Notes: generated by a model not told the origin, from the letters alone. A DNA stretch of 64,000 bases from Myxococcota bacterium (GCA_965140415.1 OZ223209.1:5184001-5248000); one strand, 5' to 3'; counted from the first letter of the stretch, positions 51,832 through 62,111 are shown. Program-made: numbers and translations.

Positions 51832-52797
51832 TTACAGGCCCTTGGCGTTTTTGATCTTGGCGACCAGTTCCGGCACCGCGTTGAACAGGTCCGCTACCAG
51901 GCCGTAGTCGGCCACGGTGAAGATCGGAGCCTCTTCGTCTTTGTTGATGGCGACGATGGTCTTGGAGTCTTTCATACCCGCCAGATGCTGGATCGCACCG
52001 GAAATACCGATGGCGAAATACAGATCCGGGGCGACGACCTTACCGGTCTGGCCGACCTGATAGTCGTTGTGGATCCAGCCCGCATCGACGGCGGCACGGG
52101 TCGCACCGACGGCGCCGTTGAGCAGATCCGCCAGTTCCTCGACCACCGGGAAGTTGTCGCCGCTCTTCAAGCCGCGACCACCGGAAACGACCACGCCGGC
52201 TTCGGTAAGCGGCGGACGGGAGGAAACGGTTTCTTCCATGCCGACGAACTTCTTGTTGTAGCTGGCCGGATCGGCGCTGATGGTGACGGCCTCGACAGCC
52301 GCTTCCGCGCCTTCAGCGATCGGATCAAAGGCGGTACCGCGAACGGTGAGCACCTTTTTGTCCGTCAGAATTTCGACTTCGGCGTTCAGGTTACCGGCGT
52401 ACATCGGACGGATGAAGTTGGTGCCTTCGCCCAGGCCGATCACGTCGGAGGCCATACCGGCTTCCAGTTTGGCGGCGACGCGCGGCATAACCGCTTTGCC
52501 CTGCGTGGTGGCCAGACCCAAAATGCAGGTAGCGCCGATCTGATTGGCGACATCGATCACGATGTCCGCGTACAGTTCGTCCATGTACTGATCCAGTTTG
52601 GCGTCTTCGGCCACGTACAATTTGCCCGCACCGGTTTTGGCGGCGGCGGGGGCGGCGTCGTTTGCACCAGGACCGACCAACAGGATGTCATAACCGGAAC
52701 CCAGTTTCGCGGCGATCTGGGAGCCCAGATTGATGGCGCCCAACGAAGCCTTGACCAGGTTTCCCTTTTTCTGTTCTGCAAAAATCAATACCGACAT
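51832..52797 (-). CDS. etfA: Electron transfer flavoprotein alpha subunit
   Basis: [46 protein letters not shown]. Confidence 0.97.
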   Translation of the reverse strand: MSVLIFAEQKKGNLVKASLGAINLGSQIAAKLGSGYDILLVGPGANDAAPAAAKTGAGKLYVAEDAKLDQYMDELYADIVIDVANQIGATCILGLATTQGKAVMPRVAAKLEAGMASDVIGLGEGTNFIRPMYAGNLNAEVEILTDKKVLTVRGTAFDPIAEGAEAAVEAVTISADPASYNKKFVGMEETVSSRPPLTEAGVVVSGGRGLKSGDNFPVVEELADLLNGAVGATRAAVDAGWIHNDYQVGQTGKVVAPDLYFAIGISGAIQHLAGMKDSKTIVAINKDEEAPIFTVADYGLVADLFNAVPELVAKIKNAKGL

Positions 52798-52828
52798 ATC
52801 TTGCTCCTTTTCCTAGTCAGGGTTGCCG

Positions 52829-53584
52829 TTACAGGACTTTGGCTTCGTTGAGAAGCTTGTCAACCAAGGTGTCCACACTGTCCACGATCATACCGGCTTT
52901 GCGTTCCGGCGGGGTGGTCAGCTTGACAACCTTCACCTTGGGAGCGGGAGCCACACCCAGACTATCGAAGGTGAATTCGTCGATCTTCTTGCGCTTGGCC
53001 TTCATGATGTTCGGCAGCGAAGCATAGCGCGGTTCGTTCAGACGCAGATCGCAGGTAACGATCGCCGGGAAGCTGACTTCCACGGTCTCCAGGCCGCCGT
53101 CCACTTCGCGGATGACGGTCGCGGCGTCTTTGGCGTCGTTCAATTCGACTTTGGAAGCATAGCAGGCTTGCGGATAGCCGGTCAGCGCGGAGACGATCTG
53201 TCCCGCCTGGGTGGCGTCATCGTCGGTGGCTTGCTTGCCCATCAGGATCAGGTCCGGCTTTTCGTTCTCGATCACCTTGGCCACGATGTGCGCCACGGCG
53301 TCGGAATCCAGCGTTTCGTCCGTCACGACGTGGATGCCGCGCAGCGAACCCATCGCCAGACAGCTGCGGATCTGGGTGGTGATGTCTTTGGAGCCGATAC
53401 CCAGCACGACCACTTCGGTGTCGCCATGTTTTTCGCTCAGGCGCAGGGCCTCTTCGTTGGCGATTTCATCGAAATAGTTAACGACGTATTTGATACCGTC
53501 GGTGCTGATGCCGGTTCCGTCGGCATTCAACTTGACCTTGATATCCGGATCGGGCACTTGCTTGCAGGTTACTAAAATTTTCAT
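52829..53584 (-). CDS. etfB: Electron transfer flavoprotein beta subunit
   Basis: KQVPD, GKQATDDD, REVDGG, LRLNEPRYASLPNIMKAK. Confidence 0.97.
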   Translation of the reverse strand: MKILVTCKQVPDPDIKVKLNADGTGISTDGIKYVVNYFDEIANEEALRLSEKHGDTEVVVLGIGSKDITTQIRSCLAMGSLRGIHVVTDETLDSDAVAHIVAKVIENEKPDLILMGKQATDDDATQAGQIVSALTGYPQACYASKVELNDAKDAATVIREVDGGLETVEVSFPAIVTCDLRLNEPRYASLPNIMKAKRKKIDEFTFDSLGVAPAPKVKVVKLTTPPERKAGMIVDSVDTLVDKLLNEAKVL

Positions 53585-53694
53585 TCGACAGCCTCCTTCC
53601 TCAGGTTTTCGAACCGGAACGGTTCCGGTAATACAGGACTCTCGTCTTGATCGAAGACTCTTTATTAGGTCTTCCGTAAAAAACAGTTGATCAT

Positions 53695-54303
53695 CTACCC
53701 TATATCGCCCGCCGTCAACCCCCTAATGAAGAATTCACACATTTCTTCGGCGATACGGTCGATATCGTATTTCGGATGCGTCTGTGTCAGCACGATATAC
53801 AGTGAAATTTCATCGAGCATACCGAACAACGCACGTTTCATGATGCCGGGGGAAACGTCCTTGCGAATAGCTCCGGCGTCTTTGCCCTCGCGAATCATAT
53901 CCGACAGAATCCGCAGGTACAAGGTGAATTTCTGGTTGTCGTATTCTTTCATGAAGCGGGTGGACTGGCGCAGTTCCAGGGTGATGACCTGGGCCAGATC
54001 CGGCATCTGCCGCGCCATGTCGATATGGGAGCGGATGTAGATGCGGATTTTCTCCAGCGGATCGGTCACGCCTTCCAAGCGATTGTGCAGCGCTTCGATG
54101 ATCTGGGACATCTTGTCTTCGAACAACGAAATCAGGATGTCGTCCTTGTTTTTGAAATACAGGTAGATCGTACCGTCGGCGACGTTCGCTTCCTTCGCGA
54201 TTTCATTGACTTTCGAGTTGTAGAAACCGTTCTGAGCGAACACTTTCATCGCGGCGTTCAGAATACGCTGGTGTTTATCGTTCTGTTTGGAACCATTTGC
54301 CAT
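53695..54303 (-). CDS. TetR-family regulator (B. subtilis FadR/YsiA-like)
   Basis: ILNAAMKVFAQNGF...IAKEANVADGTIYLYFKNKDDIL; LELRQS; upstream of etfBA. Confidence 0.92.
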   Translation of the reverse strand: MANGSKQNDKHQRILNAAMKVFAQNGFYNSKVNEIAKEANVADGTIYLYFKNKDDILISLFEDKMSQIIEALHNRLEGVTDPLEKIRIYIRSHIDMARQMPDLAQVITLELRQSTRFMKEYDNQKFTLYLRILSDMIREGKDAGAIRKDVSPGIMKRALFGMLDEISLYIVLTQTHPKYDIDRIAEEMCEFFIRGLTAGDIG

Positions 54304-54335
54304 ATGCGCCTCACAGCGAGTACGGATTTGAGATA

Positions 54336-54349
54336 TGAATAGTCATTCA
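54336..54349. promoter_or_regulatory. Palindromic operator (TGAAT-N4-ATTCA) for the TetR/FadR-like repressor
   Basis: Lies between a TTGACA promoter (54382-54387, minus strand) and the tetR ATG; resembles the FadR/YsiA TGAATGA half-site. Confidence 0.65.
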
Positions 54350-54717
54350 GTTTAGCGGGTGTAACACAGCTATATAAGGAGTGTCAAGATTAATGTCGGT
54401 TTTGCCTGGGGGAAAAAGTACCGGTTGGGTGAATCACTGGTTGAAACACTCGTATAGGTCAATCTCAGCCCCGATATTTGTCTCCATGGTGTTGGAGCAG
54501 GGCTGCCGTCCTGTTTGTTTTACAGATTGTGTATGTTGAATTTCTTGTCCGATATTTTCTCATCTGCTTGTCGTCATTCGTCATCGAATCTCCCCTCATG
54601 CCGAGCGCTTCAATTGTGAGAACTCGTCGAATAGATGGCTAACCGAAGGAACAGCGGAAACACGGAATCCCGTAAAAAAACTTACCACCTTTCTTGACAG
54701 TTACTGCCATGTTTGAC

Positions 54718-54746
54718 TTGACAGGCATTCCCGCGAATGATATCTT
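54718..54746 (+). promoter_or_regulatory. sigma70-type promoter
   Basis: TTGACA-N17-TATCTT upstream of ATG 54794. Confidence 0.65.
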
Positions 54747-54793
54747 CACTGCAAATATTCAACAACATATTCTATTAACGTGGAGGAATCGCT

Positions 54794-56485
54794 ATGCTCC
54801 AGAAGCATCGAGTCGCCTTTATGCTTACGCTCTTATTCCTCGTCGTGCTTTCCGCTTGCAGTTCAAGTGATGAAAACAACGATCTTGAAAATCCATGGGA
54901 AAACACTGCTACAGCGACAACCAATGAAAGCGGTGAAGTTTCCTTTTCGTCAACATTCCACGAAAAAGAATTTACTGTTGAAGCCGTCGATCAAAATGGA
55001 GATCCTGTTCAGGGCATTGATGTGACCTTCGGTGAGAATGAAGACATCATTTCAGTAGTTATTCTTGATCCGGATGAACGTTACCTTCCCTCATTGTACA
55101 TCGGTCCCCCGGAAGGACCGGAAGGAAGTATGGAGAGTTCAAGCGAAAGGAAGTTTACTGCAACCAATTCAAACCTGAAATTTAGACTTCCAAGCAAGGG
55201 AGAAGTTGTCATACGTTATGGTGCAATTGCAGTTATCAAGGCTGGTGAATATGTCGCCTCTCCCTTTATTGAGCTAGGAGAAGGAATTTACGATAGCGTA
55301 ATGTTTGATTTGAGTCATATGGATAATTCGAAACCATGGTTATACTACGTCACACCTGAGGAAATATTTGAAGATATACAACGACAGGGAAAAATCAAGT
55401 TTGCTGTTTTGGGAATTGCTAATACAATTATTTCTGGCTTTGATCTTAAAAGCGGTGCCATAAAGACTGCAAAAGGATTCCTAGCATTCATTTTAAAGGA
55501 AGGTGCGAAAGAGTGGACAAGAACCACAACACTAAAAGGCTATGAGATACTTACTGATCTAATAGGTCAGCAGGTAGCCAAAGACAAGCCCTGCTTGAAA
55601 GCAGTAATAATAATGCTGCCAACTTTATCCCGGCTTTTCCTCCCCCTCGAAATTGTCGATGATTCCTATTGCGAAGAAGAGCAAGCGGCTGATGATAATG
55701 ATGGAAGTGAAGAACTGGACTACAGGCATATTTGTGAATTCTCTATTTCGTGTGGAGAGGGAACTGATGAGGATATGCAGGATTGCCTCTCCCATTTTCC
55801 AAGAGCACTACAATATGGGATTTATACTACGGAATGTTTAAACTGCTATGCTTCCATAGATGAATGCGAAGACTTTCATACCTGCGATCAGATTATCGGG
55901 TGCAGGGCGGTTTTATGGAGCCATTCCCCTGGTTGGCCAACCGATTTCTCAAATTGTCCTGAAGATTTCTATATTTATTCCGGCCTAAATGATGATGGCA
56001 CTATCAATAATCAATCCGACTGTCAGAATTTCTGCCAATTGACCGGTCATAATATGTGTGCATATGGGGGAGACTGCGCTTGCAGCATTGATGGCTCCGG
56101 CAACTACACCCCCAATACAGATGGAGATTCAAGCAATACATGTTCAGGCGCCTGGGATTGTGACAGCGACGAAAAGTGCATCGATGGGAAGTGCGTTTAC
56201 CAGGAATGTTCGAGTTCTTTCGACTGCTCAGGAGCAGGTGAGGTTTGTGTTGAAGGATCTTGCGTTCTTCCTGTTTGCGACTTGGTGAGTCCGAGCGGGT
56301 GCTGTTCCCAGAACCCGGCTTGTTCCGACTATTGCTCGGATCATGAAGAATTACCTACAGATAAAAGTGCTGCATGTAGAGAAGGATTGGTGGAGGTAGG
56401 GTTTGCCTGTCGGTCCAACGACTACGTATACGCCTGTCACGATGACGGACGAATGTCTCAAAGCGGAAAATGTACGTGTCCGTAG
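54794..56485 (+). CDS. Lipoprotein with Cys-rich C-terminal modules
   Basis: Lipobox LSAC; GGAGG RBS; C.S..DC....C..G.C repeats. Confidence 0.8.
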   Translation: MLQKHRVAFMLTLLFLVVLSACSSSDENNDLENPWENTATATTNESGEVSFSSTFHEKEFTVEAVDQNGDPVQGIDVTFGENEDIISVVILDPDERYLPSLYIGPPEGPEGSMESSSERKFTATNSNLKFRLPSKGEVVIRYGAIAVIKAGEYVASPFIELGEGIYDSVMFDLSHMDNSKPWLYYVTPEEIFEDIQRQGKIKFAVLGIANTIISGFDLKSGAIKTAKGFLAFILKEGAKEWTRTTTLKGYEILTDLIGQQVAKDKPCLKAVIIMLPTLSRLFLPLEIVDDSYCEEEQAADDNDGSEELDYRHICEFSISCGEGTDEDMQDCLSHFPRALQYGIYTTECLNCYASIDECEDFHTCDQIIGCRAVLWSHSPGWPTDFSNCPEDFYIYSGLNDDGTINNQSDCQNFCQLTGHNMCAYGGDCACSIDGSGNYTPNTDGDSSNTCSGAWDCDSDEKCIDGKCVYQECSSSFDCSGAGEVCVEGSCVLPVCDLVSPSGCCSQNPACSDYCSDHEELPTDKSAACREGLVEVGFACRSNDYVYACHDDGRMSQSGKCTCP

Positions 56486-56524
56486 TGAAAAGAAGACTAA
56501 TAAAGCTCTGACAGTATTGTAACT

Positions 56525-58231
56525 ATGGAGAAAAACATGAGATTTACTATTTCACTATGCTTGGTTGTCATTTCCGGATTCATCATCACTTTCTCCGGCT
56601 GTAGCGAAGGAGACTCCTCTACGGATGATGATTCTCCTTTCAGCGATGGCGACAATGCAACCACAGACGGTGATTCGTCCTCCAATCAATGTTTTCCCGG
56701 TTTTACCTGGGACCAATCAAGCGGAATGTGTTTGCCGGATACAGATGGCGACACTTCGGATGGAGATGTCGCGGATGGCGATAATCAGGTCGATGGGGAT
56801 GCGCAACCGGACGGAGATGCGACGGATGGTGATCTTCCTGTTGATGGCGATGATATGGATTGCCCGGGTTGTGAGGGATTTGCAGGCGATTATTGCATTG
56901 AATCGCAAAGCGGTCCCTATTGCTACCTGCTTTCCATCGAAAGCGCCATTATCGAAAGGACACCCGATACCGACTGTGATTACACTGTGACCGTGACGGC
57001 GAATGGTGAACCACCTGAGTCCGAGCAGGTTACCGGGTGTGATTTTGTAGATAGAGATATCATGGGTATGTGTGGCCTAACGGTCAATTCTGATGGTTCT
57101 ATTACGGTAGAATGTCCTGAGGACTGTACGCTCATTTTCACGCAGCAGGCGTGTGGCTGCGGAGATATGAGCGGTGTTCAGGAAGGGGCCGCGTGGCCGA
57201 TGGAGAGCTATTGCCAGAACCGACATGGCTTAAGTCCACAAAAAGGGCCAGACAATCCCACGTTATTATGGTCGAAGCATATCAGCAACGGAAAGTTTTC
57301 CGGTGCCGCCGTTGATAGCGAAGGGAATGTGTTTTTCAGCAGCAGCGATGGTTTCTATTCTCTGTCATCGAGTGGTGCTGAAAGATGGCAAGCAGGTGCA
57401 GGAGCCGCAAGTGATCCTCCTGCCATTGGCTCAGATGGGACGATCTATTTTTCCTCGAATAACGGTGTTTACGCTTTCTCGCATTCTGGTGAGAGAAAAT
57501 GGAAATATGATGATGGAAAATCCAATGGTTCTGCATTGATCGATAGCAACCATATCGTTTATCTCTCTACAGGAACAGGATTGAAAGGCTTCAACTCGAC
57601 AGGAGAGGTTGTTTGGGAGAGCGAAGAAACAGGTACGGTTTTAGGATCGCCCGCGATGGGTTCGGATGGAAAAATATATTACACAACAGTAGACCCACAT
57701 CAGTTCGTTGCGGTAGATACGGACGGGTCGGTTCTTTGGAAAAAATCTGTAGATGATTACCCATGGTCTGGTCCAACAATCACTCATGCCGGAAATATCC
57801 TATTTGGTGCGGCGGATGGAGTTTTGCGATGCTACTCACCTTTTGGTAATCTGAAGTGGAGCAAACAAATCGACGCTACCATGCAATCTTACCCGGCGAT
57901 TGGAGCCGATGGTACGATTTATACCGGTGGTGCCGATTTAACAGCGCTAGAGCCTTCAACTGGTTCTGAATACTGGAGTTATTCCACTAACGGTTTGATC
58001 AATGGACCAATACTCGTCGATAAGGATGGTACGATCATTTTCGCAGGATCGAATGCCAAGATAAATGCTGTCAACGCAAACGGAACAAAGAAATGGGAGT
58101 TTGATGTTGACTGCCAGGTGAGCTCTATCTCACTGGGTTTTGACCATACGATATATGCCTCGGCAACCTGTGTCGACTGGAACAATGGTGGGCAAATGTC
58201 TGGCTACTTCTATGCGATTGGGGACAGATAA
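56525..58231 (+). CDS. Lipoprotein: DGD linker, Cys-rich domain, PQQ/BamB-like beta-propeller
   Basis: Lipobox FSGC; repeated PAIG.DGTIY...G..KW blades. Confidence 0.85.
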   Translation: MEKNMRFTISLCLVVISGFIITFSGCSEGDSSTDDDSPFSDGDNATTDGDSSSNQCFPGFTWDQSSGMCLPDTDGDTSDGDVADGDNQVDGDAQPDGDATDGDLPVDGDDMDCPGCEGFAGDYCIESQSGPYCYLLSIESAIIERTPDTDCDYTVTVTANGEPPESEQVTGCDFVDRDIMGMCGLTVNSDGSITVECPEDCTLIFTQQACGCGDMSGVQEGAAWPMESYCQNRHGLSPQKGPDNPTLLWSKHISNGKFSGAAVDSEGNVFFSSSDGFYSLSSSGAERWQAGAGAASDPPAIGSDGTIYFSSNNGVYAFSHSGERKWKYDDGKSNGSALIDSNHIVYLSTGTGLKGFNSTGEVVWESEETGTVLGSPAMGSDGKIYYTTVDPHQFVAVDTDGSVLWKKSVDDYPWSGPTITHAGNILFGAADGVLRCYSPFGNLKWSKQIDATMQSYPAIGADGTIYTGGADLTALEPSTGSEYWSYSTNGLINGPILVDKDGTIIFAGSNAKINAVNANGTKKWEFDVDCQVSSISLGFDHTIYASATCVDWNNGGQMSGYFYAIGDR

Positions 58232-58344
58232 CCCTGAGATATGTTCCCGAAGACACGAACAATCGTCTGAACGTGGAAAAATGTATTCTACATTCTAGTC
58301 TAGTCTGATTTTTACCTGGAATGTCGGGCACAATGCAGCCGCCG

Positions 58345-60009
58345 CTATTCCTCCGCCAGAACGTCGCAGTCGATGAACTGCACGCCCTGCTTGTCGCGGA
58401 TGGGAGAGGCGCAGTATTCGTAGAGATACGGCAGTTCCATCATGCGGCTGACTCCGACTTCGTGCTGGCTGCCGTCCGCTTCCGTAACCGTCTCCCGGCT
58501 CGACGCTTTGTCCGAATTCAGCGATTCACCGTCCTGCATGCTGTTCCAGGGGTCCCAGTGCGGCCATGCGCGATAATGATCGGCGGCTTTGCCGTACCAG
58601 GTCTGGATATGACGCGCCTCATCGGCGGTCAAGGGATAACCGTGGGTGGCCGCCACCAGCAGCCAGCCAGCCATGGCGGAGTCGAAGTCTACGTCGTCGC
58701 GGTGCGCAACATCCGGGTTGTGCATCAGTTCGTCGAAACGTTCCGCCAGACCGTCCATCAGCGCCTCGGCGATCTCGTCCTGCCGCCACAGAATCGCAGC
58801 GGCCATGGCACCGATATGGAAGTGGACGTAAATCTCGTAGTTGAAGAAATGAGTGGCAAAGGCCAGTTTCTCGAAATCCATTCCCGCCAGTCCGCGCTGG
58901 CAATCGCCTTTTCCATGCGGGTCACCGTCCGCCGTCAATGCCGCACCCAACTGCGCATTGCATTCGGCATCCTCACCGAAAATCAGCTCCCAATGCACGA
59001 ACGACCCCAAATCCGCCTCCGGGTTCCCTTCGCGGTCGATGTCGTACATGTGCCGGGCGACGCCGTCGTCGTATTTGGTCAGGATGTACCAGTCGTTCTC
59101 CACGATACTCTGGGTAAAGCCGCGTAAATACTTGATATACAGCCGCGCCGCCTCGCGCAGTTCGGGATCGTCGGCTTCGTAGTAGGCGCGTGTGGCCATC
59201 AGCATCGACTGGTACACATAGGGAATATCGTCTTTGCTGCGCATGTTCGACACCCAGATGTCGCCGTATTCGGGATTGTCCGGAATCTCGAAAATGTGCA
59301 CGTTCCACTTGGCGCTGGCGACGCAGGAGGGCGAATAGTCGATTTCCAACTTGCGGTCATCGACCGTGTAGCCGTGGTTGTGGTTGAAAATCGCACGTGA
59401 TTGCAAGTACTTGACGATCGGGTCTTCGCGCTCGAATTCGAATCCCAGTGACAGCGCTACCATGCCCTTCATGTACTGCCTGGCCACGTCGGCCATGCGT
59501 TGATTGCCGGTGAGCAGGTAGCCGCCGATGGCGTTGGGCAGCAGCTTCATGGTGCGTTCCGCGATGTTTTCCGCGCGGCCATGATGGAACAGCACGAGCG
59601 TGTCGCCTTCTTTTCTCATGCCGACATCCTGCCACCAGAGCTTGTAGTCCATCATGTTTTCATCGTAGCTTTTATCCAGACCGTGGCTGATACGCCAGAC
59701 CCAGTCGAAATATCCGACATCCTTGTAGAAATCCGCCATTTTTTGGCTGAAATCCGCGATTTCTTCCTGGCTGACAGGCTCGCCGGAAGGCTCGCGTGCG
59801 GGACGCTCAAAGCCCAAGGTATCCAAGGGTTTAGGTGGAATCAAGGGGTCCGGTGTTTCGCCTTCGATGTCGGTGGTATCCGAGTCGCCATCGGTAGCGG
59901 CGGCATCCTGGTCGCCGTCTATAGGAGCGACGTCCGAGGAATCTTCGTTGCAGCCTAAAAGCAACAGGGCCAGCAACAACACATAAACGGGTAGAGTTAG
60001 GGTGCGTAT
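58345..60009 (-). CDS. Lipoprotein of unknown function (DGD linker plus large helical domain)
   Basis: Lipobox LLGC; long open frame; start ambiguous (GTG at 59982 or ATA at 60009). Confidence 0.75.
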   Translation of the reverse strand: MRTLTLPVYVLLLALLLLGCNEDSSDVAPIDGDQDAAATDGDSDTTDIEGETPDPLIPPKPLDTLGFERPAREPSGEPVSQEEIADFSQKMADFYKDVGYFDWVWRISHGLDKSYDENMMDYKLWWQDVGMRKEGDTLVLFHHGRAENIAERTMKLLPNAIGGYLLTGNQRMADVARQYMKGMVALSLGFEFEREDPIVKYLQSRAIFNHNHGYTVDDRKLEIDYSPSCVASAKWNVHIFEIPDNPEYGDIWVSNMRSKDDIPYVYQSMLMATRAYYEADDPELREAARLYIKYLRGFTQSIVENDWYILTKYDDGVARHMYDIDREGNPEADLGSFVHWELIFGEDAECNAQLGAALTADGDPHGKGDCQRGLAGMDFEKLAFATHFFNYEIYVHFHIGAMAAAILWRQDEIAEALMDGLAERFDELMHNPDVAHRDDVDFDSAMAGWLLVAATHGYPLTADEARHIQTWYGKAADHYRAWPHWDPWNSMQDGESLNSDKASSRETVTEADGSQHEVGVSRMMELPYLYEYCASPIRDKQGVQFIDCDVLAEE

Positions 60010-60189
60010 GGCTCGACTCGCTTTCGATAAAAGTTGAAATCAGGAAAATACTTGCGGAAACGATACCGTTATCGAAGAGGGCTTGTCAAGCCTTTGGGTG
60101 AGGCTTTCAGGATGGAAAATAAACGATGAAAATCTAGCCCGTTGGAGCAACGGCTCCTGTCCTGCTCCAACCGTATGTCTTGACCTCAT

Positions 60190-60219
60190 AAAAAATCCGG
60201 GAGGCCAATCGCTCCCGGA
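60190..60219 (-). terminator. Terminator after the yeeE-rhodanese gene
   Basis: TCCGGGAG...CTCCCGGA followed by TTTTT on the minus strand. Confidence 0.75.
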
Positions 60220-60243
60220 AATGTCAGCACACAAATCTGCCGA

Positions 60244-61563
60244 TCAACCGCAACCGCCGGTAACTTTGGCTTTCGCCCGGATCTTCACCTTGGCGTCGTA
60301 GGTATATTTCGGCCATACGGGACGATGCCCCTTGCCTTCGATGTTCGGATTCTGCTTGTCGCATTCGTAAGGAATGACTTCCTTGCAGCCACATTCGGGA
60401 TGCGCATTGTAGGCGCGTCCACCGACCGCGCGCAGAAAACGGAAACCCAGTTCTTCATCCGCTTTGCGTAGTTCCGGCGCCGCATTAGCGAGACAGGGAG
60501 TTGATTGATACTTGCTCAGCCAATTGTTGTAACCGCCTTCAACCACATAGATATTGGGCACCCCCGCCGCATACAACTCCCGATAGGCTTCTGTCGCCCA
60601 CTGTTCACCGTTGGAGATGATAAACGTAGCAGTGTTGGTCGGTTGCTTTTTCAAACGCTTGATTAACGCCGGATCGCCCGCCGTTCCTGGCTCAAGGCGC
60701 ACGGCCCCCTGCAAGTGGAAAAGGTTGAAATAGGCTTCAGGACGCACATCCAGCGTGGTTACGTAAACTCCCGGATTTCCACGGAAAGCAACCACTTCCG
60801 CCGGATGCACGTACACCGCGCGAGACTCCAGCGTTTCTCCGGCTTTCGGCTGCAACTGCTCCCAACGCTTCTCCAAACTCGGCTGACCGATCAGCAACAC
60901 AACCAATCCCACCAGCACCAGCGCGCCAGCCGCCGTCACATGTCGGCGATTGCTGAAACGCCACAATGAGCCACTCGGGCGGGGCTTATCGCCAAACACG
61001 CTTTCCGAGATTTCACCCAGGAAAAAGGCGAACAGCGCCATCAGGATCAATCCGACCAGCACCACGCCTGCATCGACGCCCAACCAGTCCATCATCGTAA
61101 AACGACCGTAATAGCTGCTGTGCCAGAAGGCATCGATCGAACCGACCCATTCACCGAACACGAAGGTGCCCAGCGTCACGCCCAGGGCGAACACCATGCC
61201 GTCGATTTTCATCGTGCTGGCCGCCACCAGGGAGGTTCCCGGACAGAAGCCGCCGATAATGAAGCCGACTCCCATAATCAGGCCGCCCACAATTCCCGGC
61301 CACAAATAGGTGGGATTGACGAACACGCGGGAAAAATCCAATAATCCCAGGGAAGTGGACAAGAAGATCAAGGTCGCCGCCACGACGATACCGGTGAACA
61401 TCACCTTTAAAACCGTCATTTCCTTCAAGTAGAACTGCGCCGCCAGCTTGCGGCTGTCACCGAATCCGGCCATTTCCAAGGTCGCACCGAATCCCGCTCC
61501 GATCAGGAAGAAAACGAGGAAATAGGTGACGTCGCTCCAGGTGCTTAAATCATAGGGTGCCAT
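60244..61563 (-). CDS. YeeE/YedE sulfur-compound transporter subunit fused to a rhodanese-like domain, ending in GGCG
   Basis: GAGFGATLE, QFYLKEMTVLKVMFTGI, GGFCPGTS; DVRP...FNLFHLQGA...NIYVVEGG; start at MAPYDL after GGAGG. Confidence 0.88.
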   Translation of the reverse strand: MAPYDLSTWSDVTYFLVFFLIGAGFGATLEMAGFGDSRKLAAQFYLKEMTVLKVMFTGIVVAATLIFLSTSLGLLDFSRVFVNPTYLWPGIVGGLIMGVGFIIGGFCPGTSLVAASTMKIDGMVFALGVTLGTFVFGEWVGSIDAFWHSSYYGRFTMMDWLGVDAGVVLVGLILMALFAFFLGEISESVFGDKPRPSGSLWRFSNRRHVTAAGALVLVGLVVLLIGQPSLEKRWEQLQPKAGETLESRAVYVHPAEVVAFRGNPGVYVTTLDVRPEAYFNLFHLQGAVRLEPGTAGDPALIKRLKKQPTNTATFIISNGEQWATEAYRELYAAGVPNIYVVEGGYNNWLSKYQSTPCLANAAPELRKADEELGFRFLRAVGGRAYNAHPECGCKEVIPYECDKQNPNIEGKGHRPVWPKYTYDAKVKIRAKAKVTGGCG

Positions 61564-61577
61564 CTCGTGATCCTCCC

Positions 61578-62111
61578 TTAATTCCAATGCCGACGGAAGA
61601 AGTAGGCCAGCGCATAGCCGCCGCCGAAAACGGCGAACATGAAAGCGAAGCTGCCCACACTAAGCACTGCGCCGCCGCTTAATGCCTGCCCGGAGGTGCA
61701 GCCGCGCGCCATGCGCGCTCCCACTCCCATAATCAGCCCGCCAAGCAGCGCAAACACAATGCGCGTTCCCGTTTTGGCGTTCGGTCCCTTGCGCAGTTCG
61801 AATTTGAAGCGCCGGTTGAACAGACCGGAAAGCGCCCCACCGAAAAAGGTGCCAAGCAACATGTAAATGCTGGAATGATGCAAGGGGTTTTTGTCGCCTC
61901 CCGCCGTTTGCGCGAAGTAAGCAACCTGGTTGACGTGCTCCGATGCGACCAGATCCAGTACGGAGATCTGGATACGGTTGATCGCGCCGCTGGCGCCCAG
62001 TCCACCTCCCGTAATATAGAAGGAAAGGAAGAGCACTACTCCCAGTATCGTACCCGCAAGATACGGGTTCATGTAGGGACGCGCGGTTTTCTGTTTACTA
62101 TTCGCAGACAT
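61578..62111 (-). CDS. YeeE/YedE family transporter subunit
   Basis: NPYLAG, GLGASG, LGTFFGG, GARMARGCTSGQALSG. Confidence 0.92.
   Translation of the reverse strand: MSANSKQKTARPYMNPYLAGTILGVVLFLSFYITGGGLGASGAINRIQISVLDLVASEHVNQVAYFAQTAGGDKNPLHHSSIYMLLGTFFGGALSGLFNRRFKFELRKGPNAKTGTRIVFALLGGLIMGVGARMARGCTSGQALSGGAVLSVGSFAFMFAVFGGGYALAYFFRRHWN

Noticed and set aside
51985-53575. Long plus-strand ORFs opposite etfA/etfB (and similar ones opposite other genes)
   Set aside because: They are antisense shadow frames of GC-biased real genes
60040-60246. Selenocysteine read-through of the TGA after GGCG
   Set aside because: A terminator follows within about 30 nt, the extension looks non-coding and no convincing SECIS is visible
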